From IMG/VR virus record IMGVR_UViG_3300024232_000009, positions 24,243 through 88,242 of that record: 64,000 nt of DNA; one strand, 5' to 3'. The DNA is from a virus. Taxonomy: Duplodnaviria; Caudoviricetes. The notes under the pieces were generated by a model, which did no database searches, was not told the DNA's origin, and saw only the letters and a program-made list of their open reading frames with translations. Of this stretch, positions 9,204 through 18,385 are shown one piece after another (the first letter of the stretch is position 1; each line of letters begins with the position of its first letter). Both the position numbers and the translations under genes were made by a program.

Positions 9204-10042
9204 CAGATGGTCCTTTCAGCTTCGAGGCGGGCCAGGAGAGCGATCGCATTCTCCTTCGCCGCGATGTAAGTTTCATCAGGCTCGCCGCCGGCACTCCACT
9301 GCGCCATCAGCGCATCCGCCCGCGCGAGGAACTGCCGGTCGCGCTCTTCGAAATGCGCCATGATCGGCGCGATGTCCCGCGGCGGAATACCGAGTTCGGC
9401 GGATACCCAGCGCGCCTCACGGACGCGGTCCGGCCTGGTCGCGGCGAATACCCCGATCCAAAAGGCCAGTTCCCGCATACGGGTGGTCTTGTCGGTGCGG
9501 GGGCCGGCGCACTTCGACGTGAGGGCGACGCGCGGGAAACCGTGCACCAGGGCATCGACTTCCTCGACGGCGCTATCATCAAACCAGAACGGGAAGATCG
9601 CGGGGTTGGCGGGACCGGGGAGGGCAGCGCGCCATGCCGGTGGCAGGATATATTGCGCGGGACCGACCAGGTGAATGCTATCGAGCCACAAAACACGATT
9701 GGGGAACTGCATCACGCCAGAGGCGAGGTCATGATCCCAGTGCGGCGCGATGATCACGGACCGGTCCGTCCAAAGCAGGAATGCCGCCTCTTTGTCGGCC
9801 GCGGCGATCAGCCGGTTGTTGATCTCACCCAGGCCGAGCGGGCGCGGACCGAACGATGATTTGACGTTCACGCCGCGCGCCAGCAACCGGGAGGCGATCT
9901 CCATTGTTTCCGTGTCGCCGTGATCATGGCCCACGATGTACTGGACCTCATGATGACCGCTGCGGGTCTTTTCGAGCGAGAGGATCGACGCGGCGAGATC
10001 AAGTGGACGCCCGCGCGAGGGCACGCCAACAGCGATTTTCAT
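9203..10042 (-). CDS. Second GT-A-like glycosyltransferase
   Basis: N-terminal IAVGVPSRGRP, VGHDHGD, LWTDR (degenerate DxD) and WFDD motifs. Confidence 0.65.
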   Translation of the reverse strand: MKIAVGVPSRGRPLDLAASILSLEKTRSGHHEVQYIVGHDHGDTETMEIASRLLARGVNVKSSFGPRPLGLGEINNRLIAAADKEAAFLLWTDRSVIIAPHWDHDLASGVMQFPNRVLWLDSIHLVGPAQYILPPAWRAALPGPANPAIFPFWFDDSAVEEVDALVHGFPRVALTSKCAGPRTDKTTRMRELAFWIGVFAATRPDRVREARWVSAELGIPPRDIAPIMAHFEERDRQFLARADALMAQWSAGGEPDETYIAAKENAIALLARLEAERTI

Positions 10043-10305
10043 CAGGCGTTTCCTTGGACTGGCGTAAGAATTTGCCGGATACCGGAGGCGACATTCTGCG
10101 TGATCAGATTGAACGCATGAACTGGATCGGTCTGGCTCATGAAGCTGCTCAACAGGACCGTGCCAAGGATGTCCGGAGTGTAGGCGCCTCCGACCTCATT
10201 CAGCATGAGTAAGATTTTTCCGGCGGTTTCCCTGACGATTTTTTCATGCTCAGGAGATGGGGTTGCCCCAATTCTCCCCATGAACTCTATCGGTTCATCA
10301 GCCAA
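10042..10305 (-). CDS. Hypothetical protein
   Basis: 87-aa ORF with TGATG coupling. Confidence 0.55.
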   Translation of the reverse strand: MADEPIEFMGRIGATPSPEHEKIVRETAGKILLMLNEVGGAYTPDILGTVLLSSFMSQTDPVHAFNLITQNVASGIRQILTPVQGNA

Positions 10306-10399
10306 GGCGCTCTCTCCACCCGGCTATCAGCCGCCGGTAGGCACCCGGCTGGATGCCGGTGGGGGAAGTAACAACCCCCACCGTTACCCTGTCAAATGG

Positions 10400-11833
10400 T
10401 TAGCTGCCGGACATTAGGCCCAGTGAGACCAGCGCGTTGCGCGCTGCGTTGGCCACGTTGGTCGTGCCAGTATCGGCCGCGAAGACCGGCTGGGCCATTG
10501 CATTGCCCGAGGTGGTGTCGATCAGCGCCTGGAAGTTGGCCACTGTGTAGACCTCGGCCGGCGTCGGAGTGATCGCCGTCGCGGTCGCGTTGCAGAAGTT
10601 GATCGCCAGGGTGTTCAACGCGGACACCCGGACACCGACGATACCAAGGCCGCGCTGCGCCGTCGGCTTGTTCACGATCACCACCGAACCAGAAACCAGG
10701 CCCGTGACAGTGAAGGTCTGCTCGGCAGTCGTGTTGGCCGCGACCACGGTTGGCGTCAGGGTCGGGCTGTAGACGACCGCTGGTGCCGCCGGTGCCATCC
10801 GGTTCAGCGTGATCAGGTAGATTTCCGAAGCCGTCGGCGTGAGGGTGCCAGCCGTCGGATTGACGAACGTCTCCTTCAGCGTGTTCGCCGCCGATACGCG
10901 GCCGGCGACCAGGCCAAGGCCCGCCTGCAGCGTGGGCTTCTGCACACCGATCTGCACGTCATCGACCAGCACGTTCGCCGAGGTCAGCGTGATATCGGCG
11001 GTCGTGATGGTCGCCACGGTCGCCGGCGTTAGCGTTGAGTTCGCCGCGATCAGGACCGTGTTGTTGTCCGCGCCGATACCCGCCGTCTGGAAGAAGGAAT
11101 AGGTCTGACCAGCGGTCGGCGTCAGGGTTCCGGTCGTCAGGTTGGCGAAAGTGATGCCGACCGAGTCATCGCCCGCGATGCGCACGCCGACGATATCCAA
11201 CCCGGCGTTGGTCGTTGGCTTGTTGACCGCGATCGCGCTCCCAACCGCGAGGCCGGGCACGGTGAACAACTGCTCGACCGTGGTGCTGGATACCACCGCG
11301 GCGGGGGTCAGTACCGCCGTGAGGACGCCAATCCCGCGCACGCCGACGATCCCGTAAACCTGAGAAGCGGTCGGGGTCAGGGTGCCAGCGGAGAAGTTGT
11401 TGAACGTCAGACCGATTACGTTCGCCGAGGACTGGCGCACGTTGCCGACACCAATCCCCGCCTGAGAGGTCGGCTTGTTGACGATCATGAAGTCTCCGGT
11501 GATCGGCGTCAGAGTGCTCCCGGTGCCGTTCTGGACGGTGATCGACTGCTCCGCACTCGTCAGGGTCACCACGGAAGATGGCGACTGCAAAGAGGCGAAG
11601 GTCATCACCAGGCCGCCAGCCTGGCCGGTGTTAACCGCGGCCTCCAGCGAGCCGGCGGGCTGCACGATCGGGGTCGCGCCGTAGAAGCCGAGTTTATCGC
11701 TCGCGCTGAAGCCCATCTGGGTGCCAGGGCCGCCGCGCAATCCATTGCCGTCGGAAAGTTGCCGGACGTTCGAGGTAGTGGTGACGTTGCCCGTCGTGCT
11801 GGGCTCACCGGTGCCGTTGTTGGTGCCGCTCAT
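10400..11833 (-). CDS. Capsid decoration-like protein with four tandem ~80-aa Thr-rich repeats
   Basis: N-terminal KLGFYGATPIVQP and C-terminal ARNALVSLGL motifs typical of the small gene after the coat gene; four internal repeats with VNKPT..GL.IVGVR...N...TLTPT. Confidence 0.7.
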   Translation of the reverse strand: MSGTNNGTGEPSTTGNVTTTSNVRQLSDGNGLRGGPGTQMGFSASDKLGFYGATPIVQPAGSLEAAVNTGQAGGLVMTFASLQSPSSVVTLTSAEQSITVQNGTGSTLTPITGDFMIVNKPTSQAGIGVGNVRQSSANVIGLTFNNFSAGTLTPTASQVYGIVGVRGIGVLTAVLTPAAVVSSTTVEQLFTVPGLAVGSAIAVNKPTTNAGLDIVGVRIAGDDSVGITFANLTTGTLTPTAGQTYSFFQTAGIGADNNTVLIAANSTLTPATVATITTADITLTSANVLVDDVQIGVQKPTLQAGLGLVAGRVSAANTLKETFVNPTAGTLTPTASEIYLITLNRMAPAAPAVVYSPTLTPTVVAANTTAEQTFTVTGLVSGSVVIVNKPTAQRGLGIVGVRVSALNTLAINFCNATATAITPTPAEVYTVANFQALIDTTSGNAMAQPVFAADTGTTNVANAARNALVSLGLMSGS

Positions 11834-11834
11834 G

Positions 11835-12158
11835 TCAGTTCACTCCATTCGGGGAAATTGGCGTCATCGGATAGGCTTCCGCCTTGGTCCAATCGCGGCG
11901 CCCTTGGGTGAGGATCTGGCGGTTGACCGCTTCGACCATCTGCCCGCAGGCATCCGCGCACATCATCGGGCCCAGAAACACGACCTTTCCGGTCTCGCGC
12001 ACGGTGACGCCAACCTGGAAGAGCGGCTCTGGCTCTTTCTGCTGGGTCATTCTCGCCGCCATCTCCGGGTCGATCGGACGCCCGTTGCGCTCTTGTTCAA
12101 GGAGCGAACGGTAATCTTCCCGGAGTTTGCGTTGCGCGCGTCGCTGGGCCCGGTTCAT
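11835..12158 (-). CDS. Hypothetical protein
   Basis: ATG 12158 overlaps coat-gene TGA (MNRAQRR...). Confidence 0.6.
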   Translation of the reverse strand: MNRAQRRAQRKLREDYRSLLEQERNGRPIDPEMAARMTQQKEPEPLFQVGVTVRETGKVVFLGPMMCADACGQMVEAVNRQILTQGRRDWTKAEAYPMTPISPNGVN

Positions 12159-13342
12159 CAGTTCGTCAACCGGCAAGCAAGCTCGTTGTAGAACTGGGCG
12201 ACGCCAAACAGGATATCGATACGGCACGGGGTCACGTCATTCCAGACGTCATAGGCCCGGACGATACGCATCGAGATATTGCGGAACATTTGCCGGGCCG
12301 CGAAGTCGACGCCTCCTGGCAGTTCCATCGGCACACACACGAGGCCCATGGCATCGCGGGTGAAGCCCATGTTCTGGAAGTAGGAGGTGCTGGCGCTGCC
12401 CAGCGGTGTGATAACTGCACCGTTGGCCGGGCCCGCCGACACGTTCTGGTATGCGCCAGAGGTCGTGATCGCCGGGGAGATTTGCAGCGTTGCGTTGCCG
12501 CCTGCGTCAGATGCCGCAACCGCAGTCACGGTGAACTGTTTCAGCGTCCCGGTGCTGAGATAGTTCTGGGGGTTGACCGCGTACACGCCGGCCATGGTGA
12601 AGGTATCACCGACGTTCAGCAGGGCCGCGATGCTGGCCGTCCAGCCATTGGTGATGATGCTCGAACCGCTCTGGTTCGCGCCATTGACCACCGGTGTGCC
12701 GGCGTAAGCGCCAACGGTCTGCGCCTGGACGTTCTGATCCAGGTAGATTTCGAAATTGGCGATCGCCGCGAGGAAGCCCTTCAGCGCGGGTTCGGCGACA
12801 GAGCGGGTGAACAGGTTGCTCACACCGTTGGCGATGGCCCAGTAAGCGGCCGGGTTCAGGATCAGCACGCGGCCATCCTGCGGCGCCGCGTTCTCATCGA
12901 GGCGCTGGCCAACCGCGGCGATCGACGCGAAGGAGTTCGGCGGCGTGCCGGGGGTGCCGACCTCGTTGGAAAACTGGTTCCACAGCGCCAGCACCGAGGT
13001 ATCGATGGTGTTCGCCAGGGTTTCCGCGGCGGGCTTGCAGTACCGCTCCGAGTATTCCTCGATCGTCAGGGTCAGTTCCTGCGAGGAAAACTGGAAGTCA
13101 ACGTGCGCCTGCGTCGAAATGCTGATCGACGTCGAGGGCTCGGTGATGTCCTGGATCTGAAGTGCCGGACCAAGCGTGACGGTGAAGCGGTTCGGCTTGC
13201 GGACAGTCAGCGTGGTGCCGATTTTGACGAACTGGTTCTCGAACTGACGATTGACCTTGCCCGCGGCGACCAGGTTGTTCGTCAAGATGACCAGCGTTTC
13301 CTTGGTGATCAAGGACGGCGTGAGCAGGGCGTTCGTGGCCAA
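12158..13342 (-). CDS. Major capsid protein (P22 coat protein family)
   Basis: KIGTTLTVRKP, AAETLANTID, CRIDILFG motifs; AGGAGA RBS; follows scaffold. Confidence 0.9.
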   Translation of the reverse strand: MATNALLTPSLITKETLVILTNNLVAAGKVNRQFENQFVKIGTTLTVRKPNRFTVTLGPALQIQDITEPSTSISISTQAHVDFQFSSQELTLTIEEYSERYCKPAAETLANTIDTSVLALWNQFSNEVGTPGTPPNSFASIAAVGQRLDENAAPQDGRVLILNPAAYWAIANGVSNLFTRSVAEPALKGFLAAIANFEIYLDQNVQAQTVGAYAGTPVVNGANQSGSSIITNGWTASIAALLNVGDTFTMAGVYAVNPQNYLSTGTLKQFTVTAVAASDAGGNATLQISPAITTSGAYQNVSAGPANGAVITPLGSASTSYFQNMGFTRDAMGLVCVPMELPGGVDFAARQMFRNISMRIVRAYDVWNDVTPCRIDILFGVAQFYNELACRLTN

Positions 13343-13485
13343 GGGATTTCTCCTGTGCGCCCCGCATGGGGCGTGTTCAGTTGTTCATGGGAATTGTCCT
13401 CGAACCCGAGATGCGCTCTCGGTCGCGATACCCGGTCATGCCGGTGGGTAGGCGGTCGTCACCCGGCCGAAGCCGGTGGGTAGGC

Positions 13486-14715
13486 TTAGTGCAGTCCACC
13501 TTCCGGGAAGAACGGGCGCCGGGTGGCGCGCAGTGCTTCGTTCCGTTTGGCGGCGTAGGCTTCCATATCAGGCTCTTCGTCTGATCGGTCGCCAGCATTC
13601 CGTCCGCTGTCAATTGGCTCGATCGGTTCTTCGCGCGGCGCACGCCGGCGAGGGGGATTGGCCAACCTCTCGGCGATACGGCCGATTTCGATGAAGTGCG
13701 ACGCGGCATCCGGCATGTTCGCGATGCGCGCCGCCTCTTCGGTGTTCTGTCCCAGGAAGTACGCGACTTCGGGGCCGTTCTCGACCTTCATGATGGCGAA
13801 CGCCATCGGTTTGGAGATCACCGGTCCACCCTCGGCGGGGTCGGCCTCGGCCACCTCCGCGTAATCGGCGTATTTCTCCATCGTGGCGGCGCGGCGTTCG
13901 TTCCAGGTGTTGTTGAGCTTGACGAGTTCCGCCTCCTGGGCGTCCTTTTCCTCTTGCTCTTTGGTGGCGCGCTCTTCGGCTTCCGCCGCGGCCTTCTTCT
14001 CGGCCGCTTCCTTTTCCGCCGCCCGGAGACCATCGCGGCGTGCCCAATCTGTCAGAGCATCATCGTAGGCGTCCGGGTCGTCGAAGGCGTCGCGGGTCGG
14101 GCGCGGGTCAGTATCGGCGACCTCATCGACCTTGGTTTCGGTCGGGACACGCGCCTTCAGTTCCGCGAGTTCCACCCGGGCAGCTTCGGCCGCGGCTTCC
14201 GCATCGCGAGCCTTCTTGCCGGCGCTGGTAGCGGCCTCCCGCTCCTTCTGGACGATCTGATCCCGGGCAAGATTGACCGCCGTTTCCCATGCTTCGCTGC
14301 CGACCTTCGCCTTGGCTGCTTTCTCCAGCGCCTGGCGATACTCCTTGGCCTTTTTCTTCTCGGTCAGGATTTGACGGCGGGCCCAGTCGGGAAGGCGATC
14401 GGATACCGCCGCTTCATCCTCGACCTCCTTGCCGTCGACGCTGAGTTCCTCGGCATCGTCATCGCCCTTGGCATCATCGGCTTTCGCCATCTCGCCAGTT
14501 TTTTCAGGGTCCGTACCATCACCTTTGCGCGCGGCATCGGCGAGTGCGAGGTCTTCCGGGCTGATTTCCTTGGAGACGCCGCCTGTCTGGTCCGTCGCGT
14601 CGTTCGAGGCTGACTCGGGGGGCTTCGGCAGTTCCGCCAACGGCTGATCCGACACCGCTGCCAAGGGTATGGCGCTACGAACGATGATGTCGGGTTGACG
14701 CGCTGCGAGTGCCAT
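13486..14715 (-). CDS. Capsid scaffolding protein
   Basis: Acidic coiled-coil protein with P.RDAFDDPDAYDDAL and GPEVAYFLG motifs, between portal and coat. Confidence 0.8.
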   Translation of the reverse strand: MALAARQPDIIVRSAIPLAAVSDQPLAELPKPPESASNDATDQTGGVSKEISPEDLALADAARKGDGTDPEKTGEMAKADDAKGDDDAEELSVDGKEVEDEAAVSDRLPDWARRQILTEKKKAKEYRQALEKAAKAKVGSEAWETAVNLARDQIVQKEREAATSAGKKARDAEAAAEAARVELAELKARVPTETKVDEVADTDPRPTRDAFDDPDAYDDALTDWARRDGLRAAEKEAAEKKAAAEAEERATKEQEEKDAQEAELVKLNNTWNERRAATMEKYADYAEVAEADPAEGGPVISKPMAFAIMKVENGPEVAYFLGQNTEEAARIANMPDAASHFIEIGRIAERLANPPRRRAPREEPIEPIDSGRNAGDRSDEEPDMEAYAAKRNEALRATRRPFFPEGGLH

Positions 14716-14786
14716 GGGCGGCGATAATCCTATAGCGATTTGGATTCCGTCACCCGGGGAGGCGCTTCCCGGTCAGCTAAGTCGGC

Positions 14787-14816
14787 GAGTTAGACCAGTG
14801 TTTTACCGCGCGTCAA
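14787..14816 (-). promoter_or_regulatory. Putative sigma70 promoter for scaffold/coat genes
   Basis: Minus strand TTGACG-N18-TAACTC. Confidence 0.35.
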
Positions 14817-14872
14817 GTCTCACGATTGGAAGTTCGGTTGCCAAACGACTGAGTCGGTGGCATTTCTCCTCC

Positions 14873-14945
14873 GTGAGGCGTCGGGCATAGTGCTGTATCT
14901 CTCGACGGCATGCAGTGCGATGGTACGGCCCGTCTGGCGTCTCAC
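14873..14945 (+). ncRNA. Long imperfect hairpin immediately upstream of the tRNA
   Basis: GTGAGGCG/CGTCTCAC, CGGGC/GCCCG and GTGCTGTAT/ATGCAGTGC stems with several G-U pairs. Confidence 0.4.
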
Positions 14946-14951
14946 TGCTGG

Positions 14952-15025
14952 GCGATCATAACTCAATGGTAGAGTGCCAGTCTGCCAGTCTGGCTACGAA
15001 GGTTCGATTCCTTCTGGTCGCTCCA
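14952..15025 (+). tRNA. tRNA-Gly (GCC)
   Basis: Acceptor GCGATCA/TGGTCGC, D arm ACTC/GAGT, anticodon loop CTGCCAG, T arm GAAGG-TTCGATT-CCTTC, discriminator U and encoded CCA; G1-C2-G3/U73 are Gly identity elements. Confidence 0.93.
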
Positions 15026-15089
15026 GGCTCCCACATCCGATCGACATCATCGTCCAGCCGGTCAGGCCCGCAAACTGGATAGAACGTGG

Positions 15090-15356
15090 TTAGGCGCCTG
15101 GATCGACCGTCTTTTCGCGCTGCGCCTTCATCTCGGCAACCAATTTCTCAATGCCGCTGGCGATGCGCTCCTGCGTACCGGCAAGTGAACTGATCGCGGC
15201 GATGAAATCGGGCGGGACCATCAGCATCATGCCCACCGGAGCGGGCACGCCACCGGTGGACTTCTTCTTCCCCTTGGGCTTTGGTTTGGTCGCTGGCTTC
15301 GCTGGCGGTTCGTCGGCGTCATGGTGCGCGATTGGATCCCACTCGCCGCCGCTCAT
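15090..15356 (-). CDS. Hypothetical protein
   Basis: 88-aa ORF, ATGA overlap with portal stop. Confidence 0.6.
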   Translation of the reverse strand: MSGGEWDPIAHHDADEPPAKPATKPKPKGKKKSTGGVPAPVGMMLMVPPDFIAAISSLAGTQERIASGIEKLVAEMKAQREKTVDPGA

Positions 15357-17728
15357 GCTGCCCTCGCTGGCTTGCCATCAGGCCCAAGGGTCCACTTCTG
15401 CCCGTTGCGGAAAGTGGTCACTCGATCCGGCCGCAAATGCTGAAGCGCTTCGGGCGGTGGCGTATCATCCGCGGGCGAAGCGTCTTGACCCGCACCGCCT
15501 GCACCATCCGCGCCTTCCGCCTCTTCGTCGTTGGCCGCGTCCGGTTCCTCCAGCGCGTGCATCAGCGACGTGACGCCTTCACCAAGCTGGCTGATCTGCG
15601 CGGCGATGTGCGTGTTGAAGTTGGCGCTCGCCTTCTCCTGGATCGCGGCCATCTTGGTCTCGACGTCGGACACGATCTTGATCAGCTTGGCCTCGAAGTC
15701 CTTCTGTATCTTCTCGGCCTCGAGCGCGCGATCTTCCTTCTTGTCCTGGAGCGCGGCCATCGCCGCCTGGAGCTGCTGCGTCAGTTCCTTCAGCGCCTGC
15801 TCTTGCTGCGTCAGCACCGCCTGCACCTGCGGCGGTACGTCCTTCATGTCCGGCGTCATCAGGCCTGGCGGGATCGTCTTGGCGAGGCGCGTCGCGATTT
15901 CCTCGGCACCTGGCCAATCCTGATTTTTGGCGAAAAGATCGGCGACGAGTGCCGCGGTCTGCGGGAGCGCCTTCATGAACGCCATCATGTTTTCGGCCGC
16001 CTCGATGCGCTTCGTCGCGTAGCTCGGGCCGATCGTCACCGTCACGCCGTATTTGCCGAATTTCGGGTTGAACAGCTTGCGGGTTTTGCCGTCGGCCTTC
16101 TTCTCTTCGCCCATGGCCTTGCCGAGCGTCGGATCGACCTTGACCTGTTCCTCCTTGTCGTCCTCGCGGAGGATCGTCACCACGCGCGGGTCGTCGTAAA
16201 TCTTCGGGATCACCTCCACGAAAATCTCGCCGGTCCGCTTCAGAGCGCGAGCCAGGTTGTCGACGTAGTGGAAGGAGCCAAGGTCACCGGACCGGCGAAG
16301 CTCGCGGATCGCCTTCCCTGACTCATCGATCATCCGCTCGTTCATCGTGGCGTCGAACCGGATACCGGTTGTCGCCATCATGTCCTGCCCGGCGTTCACG
16401 CCGGCCTGGACCACGCCGGCCGGAATCCCCGCCATCGGCTGCCGCTGCGGCGGCGGCGCCTGCGTCCCGCCAACCGACGTGCCTTTGTAAGACAGATAGG
16501 GCATGTTTTTGACGTTGGCGTTCTTCCACTCGTCCTCGTGCCCCTCGATCTGGCCTTCCTCGACCACCCAGGGCGATTTGGGCTGGAGCGCGATCAGTTC
16601 CGTCTCCGCGGTGCGCCAATAATTGAACATGCGCTGCGGATCTTTGGCGTGACGGATGACGCCCGAGTATTTGACCTTCCCCTCGATGTCGATCTCGTCA
16701 CCGACAACCTTGACGATCGGGATGGTGGAGCCCTGCCACTCGCGTTTCATCAGCACGTCGTTGGCCGTGATCTTGTACCACATGACCTTGGGAACCCGGC
16801 TCTCGCGTTCGTCCACGATTTGCACGCGCTTGCGCCCGATCCGAGCCAAGGTCATCTCGTCCAGTTCGTCGTACCAGCCAACATGGCCATTATCGAGTTC
16901 GACCAGCTTGCGCGTCTTGTAGTCGACCTCGAAATACTCGGCGATCCGAACCTCGTCCTTGGCGATCCAGTTGGTGAACTTCTCCCCTATTCCGCCTTCC
17001 GTGTAGTTGAGCGGGTCAGCGTCGGGGTATTTTTCCTCGTACTCGTCACGCGGCATCATCTCGGTGATGAAGCCCCACTTGGCATCTGCGGCGGTCGGGT
17101 CTTGGTGCGCCGGATCCAGATAGACGGTGAACGGATTGCGGATGCGCCGGACCACCAGCACCAGATTGAAGCTGTCCGGCGCCTCCCGCTCGGTCAGGAT
17201 ACGCCAGTAACCCCAGCCCATGGTCACCGCGTCATCGAACGCCGTGTCGTAGGCGATATCGGCCGCGCAGTCTCGTTCAATGAACCGGATCAGCCCACGG
17301 TACATCTTCGCGACCTCGGGGTCGCCGCGATCGCCAACCGGGCTGATGTTGATCGATGGACGGTTCTGGCGCTGATCGTTGACGATCTGATGAATAAACG
17401 TCGGCAGCTTGTTGATCGTCAGGCATGGCCGCTTATCCAGGTTGCGCTGGGCCATGATCTCTTTCGGCCACTGGTCGCCAGCCTTGAACAGGCGGTCATC
17501 GAGGGCTGATTTTCGGTTGTCGCTCTCCGCTGTGATCGCCTTTTCCATGCGCTTACGCGCGCGGCTCAACAGCTTTTCCTTTTCGGCTTCCTGCCCCTTT
17601 GGGAAGCCCAGTGCGGTGCCCTTGTCGTCGCCAAGCATCGACGCTGGACTGACCTTATTCATCGCACTGTCCACGGATGGCATGCGAATTCGCCCGTTAT
17701 CCTTGGGCTTGTCTACTGCCTGCGCCAA
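15353..17728 (-). CDS. Portal protein (P22-like)
   Basis: GDQWP, PCLTINKL, GWGYWRI, AKDPQRMFNYW and GKYGVTVTIGPSYATKR motifs. Confidence 0.92.
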   Translation of the reverse strand: MAQAVDKPKDNGRIRMPSVDSAMNKVSPASMLGDDKGTALGFPKGQEAEKEKLLSRARKRMEKAITAESDNRKSALDDRLFKAGDQWPKEIMAQRNLDKRPCLTINKLPTFIHQIVNDQRQNRPSINISPVGDRGDPEVAKMYRGLIRFIERDCAADIAYDTAFDDAVTMGWGYWRILTEREAPDSFNLVLVVRRIRNPFTVYLDPAHQDPTAADAKWGFITEMMPRDEYEEKYPDADPLNYTEGGIGEKFTNWIAKDEVRIAEYFEVDYKTRKLVELDNGHVGWYDELDEMTLARIGRKRVQIVDERESRVPKVMWYKITANDVLMKREWQGSTIPIVKVVGDEIDIEGKVKYSGVIRHAKDPQRMFNYWRTAETELIALQPKSPWVVEEGQIEGHEDEWKNANVKNMPYLSYKGTSVGGTQAPPPQRQPMAGIPAGVVQAGVNAGQDMMATTGIRFDATMNERMIDESGKAIRELRRSGDLGSFHYVDNLARALKRTGEIFVEVIPKIYDDPRVVTILREDDKEEQVKVDPTLGKAMGEEKKADGKTRKLFNPKFGKYGVTVTIGPSYATKRIEAAENMMAFMKALPQTAALVADLFAKNQDWPGAEEIATRLAKTIPPGLMTPDMKDVPPQVQAVLTQQEQALKELTQQLQAAMAALQDKKEDRALEAEKIQKDFEAKLIKIVSDVETKMAAIQEKASANFNTHIAAQISQLGEGVTSLMHALEEPDAANDEEAEGADGAGGAGQDASPADDTPPPEALQHLRPDRVTTFRNGQKWTLGPDGKPARAA

Positions 17729-17928
17729 TGTTCGAACACCCGCTCAATCGCGGTTCATGTGCCCGTGTAGACCGCGCCACGGTTCGCTTCGGCGACCGTA
17801 ACACTCTTGACGAACGTGTGTCCATTACGTCACGGTGCGGCGTGCGGTGAAGCGCAGCAAGGCAACCGAAAGAACCACAAACTGGCCCGACGTCACCCCA
17901 GATGCGGGCCATTTCTTTGTACGCAACA

Positions 17929-17960
17929 GAAAACCCGCCCAGGTTGCCCCAGGCGGGTTC
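17929..17960 (-). terminator. Rho-independent terminator
   Basis: Minus strand AACCCGCCTGGG-GCAA-CCTGGGCGGGTT-TTCT (GNRA loop, U tail) after the 17979 gene. Confidence 0.65.
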
Positions 17961-17978
17961 CGTCCGAAAAATCCGGCA

Positions 17979-18326
17979 TTACGACTTCGCGTTGATGGCG
18001 TCCAAGCCGTCCTTCACCGCGCCAACCCGAGTGTTGATCGAGTTGGCCGCGTCGACCATTTCCTGAGTGATCGTGGTACCGGGCGTCATGCTGGCGAGCA
18101 GCCGGTCCACGTCCGCGCTGATCTCGGTCACATCGGTGCCAATGGCATCGAGTTTGGCATTGGTTTCCGCCTGCGCGGCGGCGAGTTGTTCGGCAAGAGT
18201 TCCAGACATGGTTTCGATCCTTTTCACAGTGGCGAGGATTTCAGACAACACAGGGCACGCGAGCGGCCCGCACAGGTCAATCGTCGTGACACCCGGCAGA
18301 TGAATGTGGATGCTGCGGTCGATCAT
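17979..18326 (-). CDS. Hypothetical coiled-coil protein
   Basis: MIDRSIHIHL...LAEQLAAAQAETNAKLDAIGTDV; start uncertain. Confidence 0.55.
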   Translation of the reverse strand: MIDRSIHIHLPGVTTIDLCGPLACPVLSEILATVKRIETMSGTLAEQLAAAQAETNAKLDAIGTDVTEISADVDRLLASMTPGTTITQEMVDAANSINTRVGAVKDGLDAINAKS

Positions 18327-18385
18327 GCGAACCCTCTGCAACCAGAGACGGAGCCGGGTCAAATTACAAAACCGTGTCCTGACCG

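Noticed and set aside
12290-13483. Long plus-strand ORFs opposite coat, portal and other genes (e.g. 12290, 13696, 16538, 19561, 54132)
   Set aside because: They are antisense shadows typical of high-GC coding DNA, Arg/Gly-rich, without RBS or motifs.
14952-15025. tRNA as a prophage attachment site or boundary
   Set aside because: Phage structural genes continue on both sides, no duplicated 3' tRNA fragment was noticed, and there is no integrase.
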